A stretch of 64,000 nucleotides of DNA, from positions 23,374,001 to 23,438,000 of the forward strand of contig NC_135762.1 in NCBI RefSeq assembly GCF_052425735.1, in the 5' to 3' direction. The stretch is from Oculina patagonica (taxonomy: Eukaryota). A program made the position numbers and the translations under genes. The notes under the pieces are model-generated. The model made no database searches and was not told where the DNA came from. It saw nothing but the letters and a program-made list of their open reading frames with translations. Positions 1 through 13,810 of the stretch are shown here, piece by piece. Position 1 is the first letter of the stretch. Each line of letters opens with the position of its first letter.

Positions 1-385
1 GGAACCTGATCTAAACTAAGATCAGTGATGGTCTCTGCTTTCCGTAAAGATGGTGATTCAGGAGGCACCACCTCTGATTTGGGTATATCTTCAACTATCT
101 TAGCTTCTTCTTGGTAAAGTTCTGTTTTTATCAGTGGAAGGGAAGCCCTTTTCTGCAATCTTCTCCTGGGAGGAATCTTTTGGCTAATGTCCTCAAAGAC
201 CTCATCTTTGGCATGGTACAAAGAATCAGCTAACCCCTCGTCCAGCTCACTGCTGTGGTTGTAGCATAATGAATCTTCTGGTTCATTTTCTTCTGCATCA
301 GAAGCTGCCCTAGGAGTGCTATCCTCGTCACTGTCATGGGCAATGATGGTGTCTCTGTTTGATCCATCAAACAGTCCTGAAATGT
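1..385 (-). CDS. Second coding exon of the same gene, continuing beyond the window edge
   Basis: Pyrimidine-rich acceptor ending TTAACAG (AG at 386-387; in-frame alternative AG at 377-378). Reads (G|AC) DISGLFDGSNRDTIIAHDSDEDSTPRAASD...RRRLQKRASLPLIK...DLSLDQV with no stop to base 1. Confidence 0.8.
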
Positions 386-1289
386 CTGTTAACCATTGAA
401 AAACACAATGAATAAACAACATTAAGTACAATGAGAGGGAGTATGTAAGGTTATTGTAGGGTTTTATTCAATTGAAAACTTTGAATAACAGAAAAAAATA
501 TCAAAATTGTAACCCTTTGGGCAAAAAAAGCTACATTGCTGAGTTACACATCAATACCTTTAATTCAAAGGTATCAAAATTCCATTGACTTGAAACCAAG
601 AGCTTTATTGGGTACCGTGCATAATTAAGACACACTACTCAGACAATGAATCGTATGTTTAATGCAAATCAATTTATAACTCATTAATTTGAGCTTATCT
701 TGGTATGCTTGCCCAAGCATTGAATCTTAACTGATTTTGGCTGCTCAAGTACTCTAGATACCAGATAATTAACAATTAATAACCACTTTAGTGACGTATC
801 GTTATCCCAGCAATGTAATTAAAAGGAAGTTAACCAACTGAAAAACAAATCTTGCATTTTGTGTAAATAGACTTATGCCTAGGGCATTTTACTCAAATGA
901 ATTTAAATAAGCTTTAATGTTTTGTAGGGAAACAACTAGAGTGCACAACACTAAGGGTCATTAATGGAATTACCGTAATCATCACGTCATTTTAAAATTC
1001 TGGAAAAATTTGATAGAAGTTAAATGTATGAAGTACTTCCGTCTTTTGTTTAGACATTCACATCTTGTTTGATAATCAATATTCCTTGTCTCTTACTAAA
1101 AAAACACAATATCCTTGTTTGTATCTCAACTTATTTATTTATGGTTTTCTTTTTTTATGTCTTTTTTGTGTTAGTTTATACAAATACCACCAGGAAACAC
1201 TCCGATCCTATCACACTTCGATCCTATCACCAATAGTATATCAACATACCTACATGTATGACATAAAGAATGCCAGTGTAGTGCATTAA

Positions 1290-1710
1290 GCGACTTTCTT
1301 TTTTCCCTCCCTAGATGGGATGCTTCAGCCCTCCAAGTTAAGGCCATTTTAGTCGCCTAGCGACTAAAATTTTGGAGCTGGCGACTAAATTTGAACCAAG
1401 GTCGCCACCCTGGCGACTCAAATTGAGAGGAATGATTGAAAGCATCAGCTTAATTTGGTGACTAAAATTTTTCACTGGCGACCAAAACTTGAATAGTTGG
1501 GAAAAAAATAAACTTGGAGGGTTGTGCTTGTCCAGCACTGGGTTACAATCAGCATTAAATTTGCCAGCACCCATTACACCTGGGTTGGAGAGGAACAATG
1601 AGAATATAGCATCTTGCCCAAGAACACAACGCAGTGCTCCGGCCAGGGCTTGACCCCAAATCACTTGATCAAGAGTCCAGTGTACTAGCCATTAGGCCAC
1701 CACGCCTCCC
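1290..1710 (-). mobile_element. tRNA-derived SINE in intron, interrupted by a MITE
   Basis: Minus head gggaggcgtggtggcctaatggctagtacactggactc...ggtcaagccctggccgg with A/B-box-like motifs. The body resembles a common cnidarian SINE (recognised from memory). Confidence 0.75.
1326..1524. mobile_element. Non-autonomous hAT-like MITE (199 bp), 5-bp TSD TGCTT
   Basis: TIR cagccctccaagtt / aacttggagggttg (1 mismatch); tgctt at 1321-1325 and 1525-1529; subterminal gcgac/gtcgc repeats. Confidence 0.8.
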
Positions 1711-1876
1711 AGGATAGAGTTATGATTATGATTAAGTTCTCGTGACCATTAATGAAAGCTTTGTATCATTATTGGTAAGGAGAGTTGATATTTTAAGCTC
1801 AGTATACGATAGCTTATATCTAACGGATACGAGCAATGTTTTTCAAACTTTCAGAAAATTAATATTCAAGACTTAC

Positions 1877-4481
1877 CTTTGTTGTAAGAAACATCACTTT
1901 CCTGGACCATGCCCCTTGAAGATTTAAAATGTTCAACATTATTTGTGTCGTCTGCCTCTTCACTGCTACTAAGAATTGTTGGAATTTTAGGTCGAGAGAT
2001 TCTTTTTGTTCTCTTTTTAACTGGCTCTTTCACCTCACCATTTTCATCGTCAAAACTTATCAAGTCACCCTCTGCTACCTCAGGAGGTGCCGTAGTTCTC
2101 ATTATTTCATGAGAGTCCATCGGATCAAATTCTTTCAGTAATCTTTTTGTATCATTCTTCGCTCCTGGATCGTACCTCCTTGAAGATGGAGCCTCCGTAA
2201 AAGGTGGCGAAAAGGTTGGTGAAGAATCAGAATCAGAGTGGTCATTCTGTGGCTGTACAGGAAGATCTGCTGAGTTTTTCTGAGCTCTAACGTAGGATAA
2301 CCTTCGAAGTGAAGAACTAATGCCCTCAACAGGTGGCGATGATGTTCTATGATCTTGTGATGTCCTTATTGGAGAGCTCCTTGATAGATGTGATTTTTTG
2401 GACAATTTTTCAACCTTTTTAATGTTGTAAGTATCATCCTCTTGCATATCCACAAACTCATCTGTTTCTTGGACGATAGAAAGAGGTCGATTTCCATGCC
2501 TTGCCACTGGCTGTAATAAGACATCCGCTGAAGTTGAATTACCTTTCTCTGGCCTGGAGTCAGCAAACATTACAGGCGCAGCCATAGGTGGGTTTGGTTC
2601 ATGGTCATTAATAGTTCTTTTATTAGGTTTTACAGGAAAAAATGCACTTCTTGACGAAGCTAACCCACTGTCAGGCAGATTAGGATGCATTCTGGATTCT
2701 CTGGTGTCCATAGGCACGGGTGCAGGGGGTGCTGAATTGCACCGTGCCTCCTGCTCCTGGGAAACTGGAACATCGTACACAGTGCTTGCATGCCCTTTGT
2801 CAGAAATATTGTTACATTCACTGTCACTAAAAAGCGACTCTTTACTTGTTTTCCGCCCAAATGGCTTTGATTTGAGAGCAAATGGGCTCCTGTTCAGTGA
2901 CGGTGACTCTGAGCCTGGCCTTGACAGTGAGGGTCTGTCCCTTGAGTCTGAGCTTTGTCTTGTCAGTGAGGGTCTGTCCCTTGAGTCTGAGCCTTGCCTT
3001 GTCAATGAGGGTCTGTCCCTAGGCTCTGAGCCTTGCCTTGTCAATGGGGGTCTATCCCGAGACACTTCTCTGGCAGATGATTCAGTCTGGGATCTCCCCC
3101 TGATCTTAAAGGGCTCCCTCTCTTCGGTAGATCTCCTTCTCTGAGGCTGGTTTTCTTTGTCGTTTAGTCGACTATCGGCAAACGAAGTAAACGAACGGAT
3201 TTGGATTTTTTTCACTTTAGCTATACTGGTGCCCTTTGGGGACAACAGCGGTGACTGGATTCTAGAAGGATCGCCAGAAAGTCCTGCTCCCTCTAACGAG
3301 CTAACAGAAGTCAAACTACTTGACCTGAGTTTGTTGGCAGCACTTCGAATCTCCTTGTAGCTTACAAGAGGCACTGCATTGGGTTCTTCAGATGGAAATT
3401 GAGTCCTGCGTTTCCCCAGCGCGTACGCGGCGCTGCTCGTATCGGACAGTTCACTAATACTCTGATTTTCGGACTCGCTAGTATTGTCGTCGCCGTACAC
3501 ACTTGAGCCAATCGACTTATTGGACGGCTTTCGCCTAATACGCCGTCTGCGTTTAAGCGACGTGTCGGGGGAAGAGCTGATATCGCTTTCCGATTCTGTC
3601 GATGAAGCTTGGCTGTCTGTCGGTGACTCGGAGTAAGAAGAAGTTGTCGATCGTCTCGCAGCATTTTGTCTGCTTGATCCCGAAAATTTTACATCGTTGT
3701 AAACAATGTTGCCGCCATCTTTATTCCGCCTTCCTCGCGTTCTCGAGGAGTAATGGAATTCGTTCGTCACAGGTCTGTTTCTCTGATCGTCTCGAGGACG
3801 ATAGCTATTTTCATGGGTCGCATTCCATTGCATTTCTGTTTCTGCTTGGCCTTTAACACGCGCCGCTTTCGAGTGTCTGTTCGTTGGAGCTTTGCAGAAA
3901 ACCAAGTCACTAGTGTTATTCGTGTCTCTAGGCAAACTTTTCACGTCAGATGAAAGGCCAGTAGGATAAGTAACATTTTGTCCATAGTTGGAAACTGAAG
4001 GGGGCGGAAATAGCGTGCGGCCGGCCCGGTCGCCTCGCTGAGTCAACTGTTCATTTGCTGGTATCCCTGGAATGTTATCCATAAACTTCGTTCTTTCCGA
4101 GTCTGCTGTCTTGCTAGAGTACAGATTCGAACTCGATTTAGGAGAATAATCCTGAGTGTTTCTCCCAGACAAATGCGGCGAAACATAGTCCAGGGATTGT
4201 GGCGAGCTCTCGCTCACCGCAGAATTAGATACATGACTTCCATGAGTGCGCGCTTTGGAGATTTTTAATTGAGCCTTTTCACTCGTCTTCCCGTACGCTT
4301 TTTTGTGCGAAATGCCCACTTCCGTTGGTTCCACATCGCTAGGTCCCATACGAGCTCTATGAGCCCCTCGCCCTTCTCTGCTGCCTTCGTGCCGTCTCTC
4401 GCTCCTCGAGCGCGCCTGTGTCGCGCTTTGTGGAACCGATCTCCCTGTTTCGGCGTCAAATTGTGCTGGGCGAGTGGACAT
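1877..4481 (-). CDS. First coding exon (868 codons + 1 nt) of a large multi-exon gene; disordered Ser/Arg/Pro-rich N-terminus, family not identifiable from this part
   Basis: The 871-aa ORF runs into a canonical donor AAAG|GTAAGT (plus acttac 1871-1876). The phase-1 junction joins in frame to the exon at 1-385. No folded domain recognised. Confidence 0.85.
2906..3059 (-). repeat. Coding 39-bp (13-aa) tandem repeat x4, consensus RDRPSLTRQGSDS
   Basis: RDRPPLTRQGSEP / RDRPSLTRQGSDS / RDRPSLTRQSSDS / RDRPSLSRPGSES. Confidence 0.95.
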
Positions 4482-7400
4482 GATCGTTTACAGTTCGTAG
4501 GAATTCAATTGCACCGTCAGATGTCCGTGATTGCTCGTGGAATTCACTGCACACAAACGCGAAACACTGCAATATTTACCACTAACAGATCTGCAGCTCC
4601 ACACGCGACGATTCAACGAACAATGCTTAAGATTCCAAGACATCACACTGCCTTCGTTCGCATATTTAAATCAAACAGTGAAACGCTTTGATAAGTAAAC
4701 CAACACGACGTCTTGTAAGAGAACCAGCTTCCACACACGAAACTTGTGTCATGTAAATATCGCCCACGACGTCAAGGAACCTTCGAGGAAAACAAAAAAA
4801 TATGTGTCACAATGTTTTACAGCCAAGATGCACTCACGCATACACAAAATTTACCCTTCATAGTGAAGTTATCTGAACGCTAAATTTAGCCACGGGGTAG
4901 TAATTCGACACCGGTGCGCGGATTTGATTGACAACCGTGGGCATACACAGACTACGCTGTATCCGATCACTGGTCTGAACTCTAAAGACTTTACAACTCA
5001 ACAGATTTACCGAGTTAATTCTGCAAGTTTAATTACACGCGGGCAAATCATGGGCGAAAATTCACCACCGGAAATGAACCCGTAAAAGGCTTCCGAACGT
5101 TTCAGCCAGCTAAGCTACCCTTTAGGCGCCCAACAGCAAACAAGTGGGAAGAGTGTTTCATCCGACCAAACAATGTTTTGACTGCGATGTTTTAGCAGTT
5201 CAGTAGCAGCAAAGAAAGGTGTCAAAACTATTCTTCCAGTGGAACAAAGGGATTTTGTTTTCATTGGGTCTTACTTTAAGCGCAGAGCATTGTTTCGGAA
5301 AACCAATCCCGGCCGCCGTTGCAATCAGCGATAATTTTGAGAAAAACCAAATTCTCGTCGCACCACAATTAAACGTCTCTCCTGTATTATGGTTTAATTA
5401 AAGAGGCATTCTTACTCTTGATTGGCTAGTTGTGCCAAAGCTGAGCTAATTAGTAGGTTATTATTTATCAATCACTATTCCATTGAAAAGTTTTCATTCC
5501 CCGGAAATTCTTGGCGGTTCTTTTCCCTGACTCTTCAACTAAGTGGCTTTAGACTAGACTCGACTTTTGAGCAAAAATGACCCAAATGCACAATGAAAAC
5601 AAAGACGCGACCGCTATGTGTGGCGTAGAATCGAAAAAAAGCTCTGCGCACTGAACGCAGGAAAATCGACACCGGCAAAAATATGCGACCAGAAAGAAGT
5701 GCTAAAGCGTTAAATCAATTATTTTTCACAAGTATGCGTTTAACAAAAATATTGGTTAAGTAAAAAATGGTTATTGGTTAAGTACAGTACTTCCGAGAGG
5801 TTATTACAGTAAGAAGCAAATTCTTGGGTCATGTTACCAAATTAAAAATTTTATTGACCTCTTGTCTTTTGTTTCTACTTATTCGCTGTAAAATGTGACT
5901 CTTTACGTGTGAATATCTCGCTGTATTCTTGCTGTTCCACTCTTCAATGCCACAGATCTACAGTCAGCTGGCGAACCTTTTATGCGGTTATATATTAACT
6001 TGTGGGTTATCGCTAAACGACTTTAGAAGCTCATATTTCATTCTTTGCTTGGTACGTTTATAGGATTATGTTTCACATTGTTGCCCTGTTGGCAGAAATA
6101 TGCATACATATTCTGCGGCTATTCTACTGCAGATGCACCACAGACCGCAAAAAGGCCGCTTAAACCACCAACAACGCTAAGTTAGCGTGACCAGAAGTTT
6201 ACCAAATCACCTGATGTTCGTTTGAGCACTTTGTCATTTATTTGTTTTTCAATGTTTGTTTTCTTTAAACTTCCTCCCCGTGGTTTCCCTTTGTTAATTT
6301 ATTAACAAGAGCTCGCATAATTAAATCGCAGTGTGACCTTGCGTATTTGCCTGATCCGTGACTTGAGCCTTGGTTTTTCCTGCGCATGCAACAGTGAGCC
6401 ATTGAAAACGGAAACATTCGAAAAACATTGCCAGGCATAACTGAAATATTTCACGACTCGCGTGAACGCGCGCGAAACTCGCACATCGCGCGCGTTGGTC
6501 GGACATCGATGGTATATCATCAACGGTACGGTTTGACAAATGCAAAAGAGATTGATAGATGGTCATAGATGAATGAAACTTCTTCGGTCATCAGTCAGAA
6601 AGAAACGTATGCTCTGGACCTAGACGAAGGTAAAAATCCGCGTGAATAAATAAATTTTTAAGGTGTAATTTGGCCTTTCTTTCTTTTGCCCGGTCTCGTT
6701 TTCTTTCCTCGCATTAGGAGAATAAGTATTCAGTTGCAAGAGTGTGCGGAAAAGGTTTGAACAATAAAAAAAAAAAACAATTATCGTTTTCTTTGTAACA
6801 GCAGCTTTCACGTCCATCTCTGCATTAGCTAATTTTCCGTGTTTTTTCTGGGCACTAAAGGCCAAGTTAAACAAAACCGGGATAAAAATACCCCATTGGC
6901 AAACACGAATCGAGATAACACTGAAGATAAAGTTGTGAACTCAAACCGATTCTTTAAGATAAACCTGTGAAGTGAGCGCGAATAAACGAACGGAGGGCGA
7001 TAAACGGTTTAGCGGCAAAAAGAGAACTGATATAGAGATTTTTGGACCTATTCACGAGATTAACACAGCTCCAGATAAAATCGTCAAGAACGAGTACTCT
7101 GTATCATAGAGTTTGCATGAATTTTGAATTTTGAAGAAGACTTCTTGACCAATTAAGCTGCCGTAATAAAATGACGTTCGTATTGTAAAGGTGTCTGCTA
7201 TAATGAGAGCTCCTGGGGCTTGCGAATTATGAAGGTGTCCAGAATAACGCTTAAGGTGTCTGTTACGTGTCCTCATTAACAGTGAGGTTGACTGGTCTTG
7301 ACTGTATTTGAGTAACAATTTGTATTTAAAACAAAAGGGTATGATCTTAGTTGTCAAGTATATAAACTGGCAAAATATCAGAATTCTTTTTAAAGCTGTC

Positions 7401-10400
7401 CTCACCGCAAGCTAACTGTTTTTGTCTGAATAAACATCGAGGGATCTAATAACGTAATGAGTTAGCAGGATTGAAGGAAGGTGAGAAAATACACTGTGAC
7501 ACATTTTGTACGATAGCCTCTCAAAGAACTTTCCAGTTTGCCTTTTCCCCAGCAGTACGCAGATTCATGGCATACCTAGCTCATACCTCGGTTAAATATG
7601 ATTAAATATCACAGTTCCAGGGTTGTTTGGGTCAATCAGTTTTAGCTGAGAACCCCATGAATCACTCTGGCTGCGACCCAAAATAGCCAGCAGCCTCCTG
7701 CGTGATAACTGCGATAAACAGAATAAAGCTACTGTTACCTATCATTACGGAATTCCGCTCTAAGCCTTCTACTGAACGCTTGGATAGCCCATTTTGAGCG
7801 CAGTTCGAGTCCAATACAGCTAACAGGCAGCTAGGAACGGCCAGCTTCTAAAGCTCAATGGAAAAGAAGTGAAGAGTCGCGACCGACACGTTTCATTCAA
7901 ATAAATTCTGTGGTGTCAGTGGTGAGGGCACGCGTATGACAGCCTCGCATGCGACCATTGAAGTATCAAGTCGTTGATTGAAACAAGATCAAATGTTGAT
8001 AGCCCGGAAAGAGCACTGGCTCCTAAAATAGCAACGAATAATTGCAAACTTGTGCTCTGACGAGGCAAAGATAATGGGCTAATAATAGGAAAATCATGAT
8101 GACGAGTAGTTTCCCTGAAAGCTGGAGCGCTGTTTAGCCGGAAGTAAGCGAAAAAAAAAACTAACAAGTACATCGAAGATACATTATGAATAGCGCGGGT
8201 CATGTATGTCTTGCTAATTATACTTCAGCCTTGAAATGCCTGTAAGCTCAGTAAACTGGACGTTTCACCGCGCAAATCTTGACCAGTTTTCCGAATAAGC
8301 GACTTGCAACAAACAAAATGATCTTATCCGAATCACTTTTACTTCTGTGTAAAATAGCGAGTTTTTCGTCAGCATTGTAGAGTTTAAATCGGCAGAGTTT
8401 TATTTGTTCCTATAACAGTATGAAAATAGGCCAATCAGATAACAGGTGACAGAGGATTAAAAACTCGTGTGGCGTATTTTGTGGGTTTTCGGCCTGCTTG
8501 TATTATACGAGAACTTATTTGCACAACGTTATTTTCGGTTACTATTTATGTCTACACATGCACCATAAGGAAAAACACTTTGCCTATCTTAATGTCTAAT
8601 GTCGTTAAATAGGGCTTAAGAATCTCTTTTTCGTTGTTTTGATGCTTTACACAGAGCCTTATCGTGTTATCTATTCACATTTGGTAGGAAAAATCAGTTT
8701 AAAGGGGCACTGCATGTCGTCATCTATTTTTAGCATGATCTTTGAAAAGGCTCATAAGCAACAGTACATCAAAGGAGAGCCATAAATAACTGTTTGGTGC
8801 TTACGGAACAGTATTCGACAAATGGCACCTGAACTTTGTTACGTGACGAGAATTAACCGACGATACTTATAAAATATGGAACTAAAATACCGTATACTTT
8901 AGCCTCTGGATTTCTGTCTGGCTTGATGCAGTTTTGTCCAGAAACTAACTTTGAAGATCGCGTCTCCTTCTACCAAGGGGATCAGTTGACATTTCAGGAA
9001 AAGGAAACTTGCGAGATAGAATGTCTCTAAAATGATTGTTTCCTCTAATTTTCGTTAGAGTTCATTTGAACTGTTTTATGCCATGAATTGAAGGAGGAGG
9101 AGTTTTCCTGAATGCCCACTCAAGGTCACTTACTAAGCCACTGATCGTAGGAAGCCACCATGCTGAGGGCCTTCCGAAACTGAGTTCAGGCCAAGAAAGT
9201 TATTTCTGGCGTTGATTTAAAAAATAAATAAAAATAAAAAAACGTTGGCCAAGAAGGATGCTGGGAAATAGGCATGCCTGATGAATGAATTCCATTGACG
9301 AGTGATCTTATTAGATATGCATTCTACAATCTAAGAAAAAGGGCAGAAGTCCAAAGACGTTGCCCTCATTCACATCTTTCAACGTTCACAATTAACGTTC
9401 AAAATCACCAAGATCCCTTGAATAATACGCAACCTTTTACGAAATTGACTAGAGAACGGCGATGATTTAATTCAGTCATGACAAAAAGAAAAATTCTTGT
9501 CATGTTCCGACAGTTATTGTCTGAAATTTGGGGCTGGTTTCCAAAACATTTTTTTGTTTTAAAATAACTCGTAAACCGGCAAGTATGGTAACCCATCCTT
9601 TTTGAGTTTATCAGTAATCCTTTTTAAGCAGGAAGAGTGTTGTTAAATTTTCATGTACGAAGGATTGTCTAGAGGAGTGACGTCATCTACCACACGTAAA
9701 ATTCTTTTGATTCAAGTTGTTTAAGTTGCGAGTCTTTTCCGTAAAAAAACCAACGATTATGACAATAACAATTTAAAAAGCTGTCTCTCTTACTTTCCTT
9801 ATCCTACAAGTCTCAGATGTAATGGTACAAGTTTAAAAAGAAAATACAGCAATAGCCGAAATAAGACACCTCTTTTGGTGGAGAAGTACTTACAATCCCC
9901 AATTTTTTTTGTGCATTTCAAAACATTGGCCCAATTCCCCTTGCGTGAGGGAAGGTTTCCATCTTCATATATTTTCATAAATTTTCAATATCAACACTTT
10001 TCCAAGGGAATCACCTTAGGTATAGACAATTTAAACTGGATAAAAATTCTTCTCAGTAATCCCTTTATCATATCAGACTTTCTTCATACCATAGTAATAA
10101 AATTAGTCTCCGATGTCATGTGTGTCGCAGAAAAGACTTTAAGTGGAAAAATATTCAGAGGAATTTTGACGTATCTTACTGTCTCGACCGGAATTCAACT
10201 CATGTGTGGAGATGCTTATCTTTATTACAGCTTGACGAAATTTGAAAAATAGCTGTGATTCGAAATAAATACTTTTCTAATTACAAGAGTTGACTCAAGT
10301 TTAACGAACCTTATCATACGTAATTTACCAACAATTTCAAAGTCATCATGCTCCTTAATTAGCAAATCTTTCAAAGTTATTTTTATAAAGATATAGTAAA

Positions 10401-11736
10401 CTATATATTCTACTTGCGAACTTCCCATATGTTGTAAAGACTCGGAGACAGAGCAAACTTTGTGTCGTACATAACTTAGTAGCTTTATCAACAACTAGAA
10501 TATGACTAGAATTTCAATTTTAGAGCATAGAAGGCAGAAGGGGGACCCAATTCCTGAGCTGTTTACGCTGTAATTTGTGTTTTTCACCAAATTGTGCAAG
10601 ATGCAAGGTCATGTACACGCGGTTCGTCGAAAATGGTCTCTTGTTTTCACCAACTGAATGTCACCCTTGCAATTTTACGAAATGGAAACTTTAGTAGAGA
10701 CACTGATTGGAATGTTGTCCAAATTTGAGAAGCTTTTCAAAAGACTAAAGGCTTTCAATCGGAACTAGAGATAACAAGAACTTCACTGAGTTATGACAGC
10801 GTACCTAAAAAACCGCCAAATGTAATACTCGTCTAGAATTGATTTATTGTCATTAATAAATGAATATTTGGTCATTCTAATCTTTCAAATAAATGAACAA
10901 ATTAGATGATCGTAAACCTGAACCATTTATATTTCTTTAGTTTCCATTTACAAACTGAATGTACATATAAAGGTTTTTCTTTGAACATAACTAAAACTAA
11001 GAAAGGATAAAGGTATTTGCTCTTACAGTAATCCTGATTCAGAAGGAGATAAGTGCTAAATCATAAATCATCAAAAGGTTTCATTTTGTACCTGACAAAT
11101 TCAATGAACAGCAATATTTGCTGGAATGTCGTTAACGAAGAGATTAAACTGAGAAGATTAAGGTTACGCATTTCAGTTAATATGATTCAGTGCAAAAACG
11201 AGACTATATACAATGGTTTAAACCTGGGCTCATGTGGGCTAACCTTGTGTTTTCTGTCGCGACAACAGAAATCTTTTTTTTTTTTCGTTAAGTGAAATTG
11301 GATAAGGCTGTGTCTGTAATGCAAAGAAGTCATCTTTGTTCGTGTAGCTAAGAGTTCAGTACTAAACGTTTTCTTCGGTTTTAGCCAAATTTCCACTAAC
11401 TTGGGTACGGCTGTTTTTATCACCCCCCCCCCCCCCCCGCATGTCATTGTTGTTAATGTTGTCGTAACGTGAAACAAAGTCGGTGAATTGCAAACTCCAT
11501 GAAACAACCTTGAGTAAGGGGAGAGGAGGATACAATATTTTTTAACTGCTTGTTAGTCGAGACATGCACGTTAAGTTGGTGCTATTCGTTTGGCTTGACT
11601 AGCTTTTTCCGGGATCGTAGAAAGAATTACCAAAAGTCATGGGTGCGACCTTTCACGTTTCAATTACACCGGCCCTTTCGTAGTTTTCGTCAAGACGTCT
11701 CAGGCATTTTGGTTTTGACGAGCGTTGCAAATATTA

Positions 11737-11782
11737 CGAAAATTACAAAAATTCGCAAATTTCGTAATTTTTGTAATTTTCG
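11737..11782. repeat. Perfect 17-bp inverted repeat, probably the core of a decayed palindromic MITE (~11620-11840)
   Basis: cgaaaattacaaaaatt (11737-11753) / aatttttgtaattttcg (11766-11782). Confidence 0.7.
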
Positions 11783-12169
11783 CAGATTTCGTAATACCAT
11801 AGCAAAAATCGTATTTTTTTTTCGCAGCTGCGTTTAGTCCTGGACATAAGTGAAAAGAAGATAAACTTTAAAAACCGGTAGTTTTACAACAAAATTGACA
11901 GATGAATACTTGCTTACACAGAGTAAAATGGCAACAACGGGAATACGTCACTTGTTTCAAAACACTGCATGTTTAAAAACTTGGCGCTATTTTAGAATTT
12001 GATGATGGCTGCTAAGTTGGCTTGCCGCGGTTAATTGAGAAGTAACCAATCAGGGAATTAGTCAGCGAGCTTTTTAATTTGTTTGACGAGTTGTATGTCA
12101 CTGCTAACCAGGGAACAGCCCATGGTTCTTTTTCTGAATAAAGCTAAACTGGAAAACCATGTGGTCTAT

Positions 12170-12762
12170 ATGCCGGGTTAGTCCGGCGGCTTAGCTCGAA
12201 ATTTTAGTTGAATTGTGCACTTTTTGATACAAGCATGAAACTTGGCACAATGAAAGTGGTCACCAACAGAAATTTTTTTTTGCATCTTGTCAGACCTCCA
12301 TAACTTCCAGAATATTTAAGCAATCACAATGAAACTAACGGAATATATAGTAAGTGCAAGCATCTATCTTTTGGTATACGTCACGTGGGAAGATGACGTC
12401 ACATCACGTGACAATTACATCATAATGTCAAAACAGCCGCCATCTTGGATCCGCCATCTTGGATTTCAAAATCAATAAAACTGTGCTTAAAAACCGTAAA
12501 AGGATGAAAATAATTGCATTAAAATTATTTTTCATTAATAGAAACACGAAAATTACAAAATTGGGAAGACATGCCTGTCAAAATGCCGTTGCCATGTTGA
12601 CGTCAAGTTCCTGACACAACAACTTATCCTACCAAATTATTTCCAGATAAATTTTAGATAAATTCGCAAAGTTTGGTAGCGTTTGGTTGAATCTTGAAAA
12701 AGTTATAAGCGTTTAAAGTCAGCGCGGGCACTTTCCGCCCCTCCCGGTCTTGATAGGGTTAA
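12170..12762. mobile_element. piggyBac-like non-autonomous element, one end intact
   Basis: Right end ...ccggtcttgataggg|ttaa (CCC terminus with TTAA target); internal gccgccatcttggatccgccatcttgg. Left TIR not found, so the left boundary is approximate. Confidence 0.55.
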
Positions 12763-13272
12763 AATCAATGAAATTTCGTGAAATATTTGTTTGTCCTGGT
12801 TTATAGACAAATACTATTATGCCAGGAAGTGATACCAAGTCGCACGTACAAAATTTAGAATGAAATGCTGTAATTTAGACTGTTCACAAACCTTTTTTAT
12901 GTTATTTGTCTAGATCCGGAGTAAAATAAAACTAATAGGGAGTTTTTTTTGTTGTTGGTTTATAGGTAGAACATCCGATCACGTCTAGAACACCCAAAGA
13001 TTGAATCTTTTGGAGTTATAGACGTAATCGCAAGTTCTACTGATCGTTTTTCCCGAACCTTTTTTTATGCAACAGCTTCAAAACTTTATGCTCTTCTAGG
13101 ATTACTTCAGAACTAATATCCAAAAAAGTTCACTTTTGTACCAATCCAGTCAAGGTTTTATCTCTGCAAGTTACGTTTCAACTGACCGTGAGAGATTTTA
13201 TCACCACGTGCACGTTATGAAATAGTTTTCGTGTGTGCCATACTTCCTCCAATAAATACACCGACTCTCACC

Positions 13273-13810
13273 TGGGGCTGTCCCAAATTAAAGATGCTCG
13301 GTAACTTTTGGGCAACTTTTCATCTTTCGAGCAACTTTTTTCATTTCCAGCAACTTTTAGTAATTTCTAGACCGAAGATTTCCGAAGATTTTTAGTGTTG
13401 TTCGAAGGCCATACGAACGTTTCCGAGCATTTTTTTTTAACTCCTCCGAAGATTAACGAAATTTGCCGAAGATTTTTGACAAATTGCAGAAGATGTTTCA
13501 ACTTTCGGATCATTTAGCATTAAAAACTGCTCAGCAAACATGACGTCATCGGTATCTTCACGATTGTTGTTAGTGAAAGAAATCCTTGTTATTGAAAAAA
13601 ATTTTGCCTTAAAATGTAATTAAGGTATTTCTGTTGCAGTATAATTGCATGAAAATGCTAAGAAATCATACCTTCAAAGTGAAAGTAGCATACATTTGGA
13701 GAATTTTCTTCAAAAGCAACGTTTTGGATCTGTTGGAGTAACTTTCGAGCAACGTTTTGGATTTTGGAGCAACTTTCGAGCAATTTTTTGGGAGATTTCA
13801 AGCAGCCCTA
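13273..13810. mobile_element. hAT-type MITE (538 bp), 8-bp TSD CTCTCACC, containing a nested ccgaagatt-repeat element (~13370-13590)
   Basis: Ends tggggctg / cagcccta; ctctcacc at 13265-13272 and 13811-13818; subterminal gagcaactt repeats. Confidence 0.8.

Noticed and set aside
2704-4691. Plus-strand ORFs (146 aa, 140 aa and others)
   Set aside because: Antisense shadows of the large coding exon.
5200-11500. Numerous 60-125 aa ORFs
   Set aside because: Composition typical of random AT-rich DNA, mostly non-ATG starts, no supportable splice structure.
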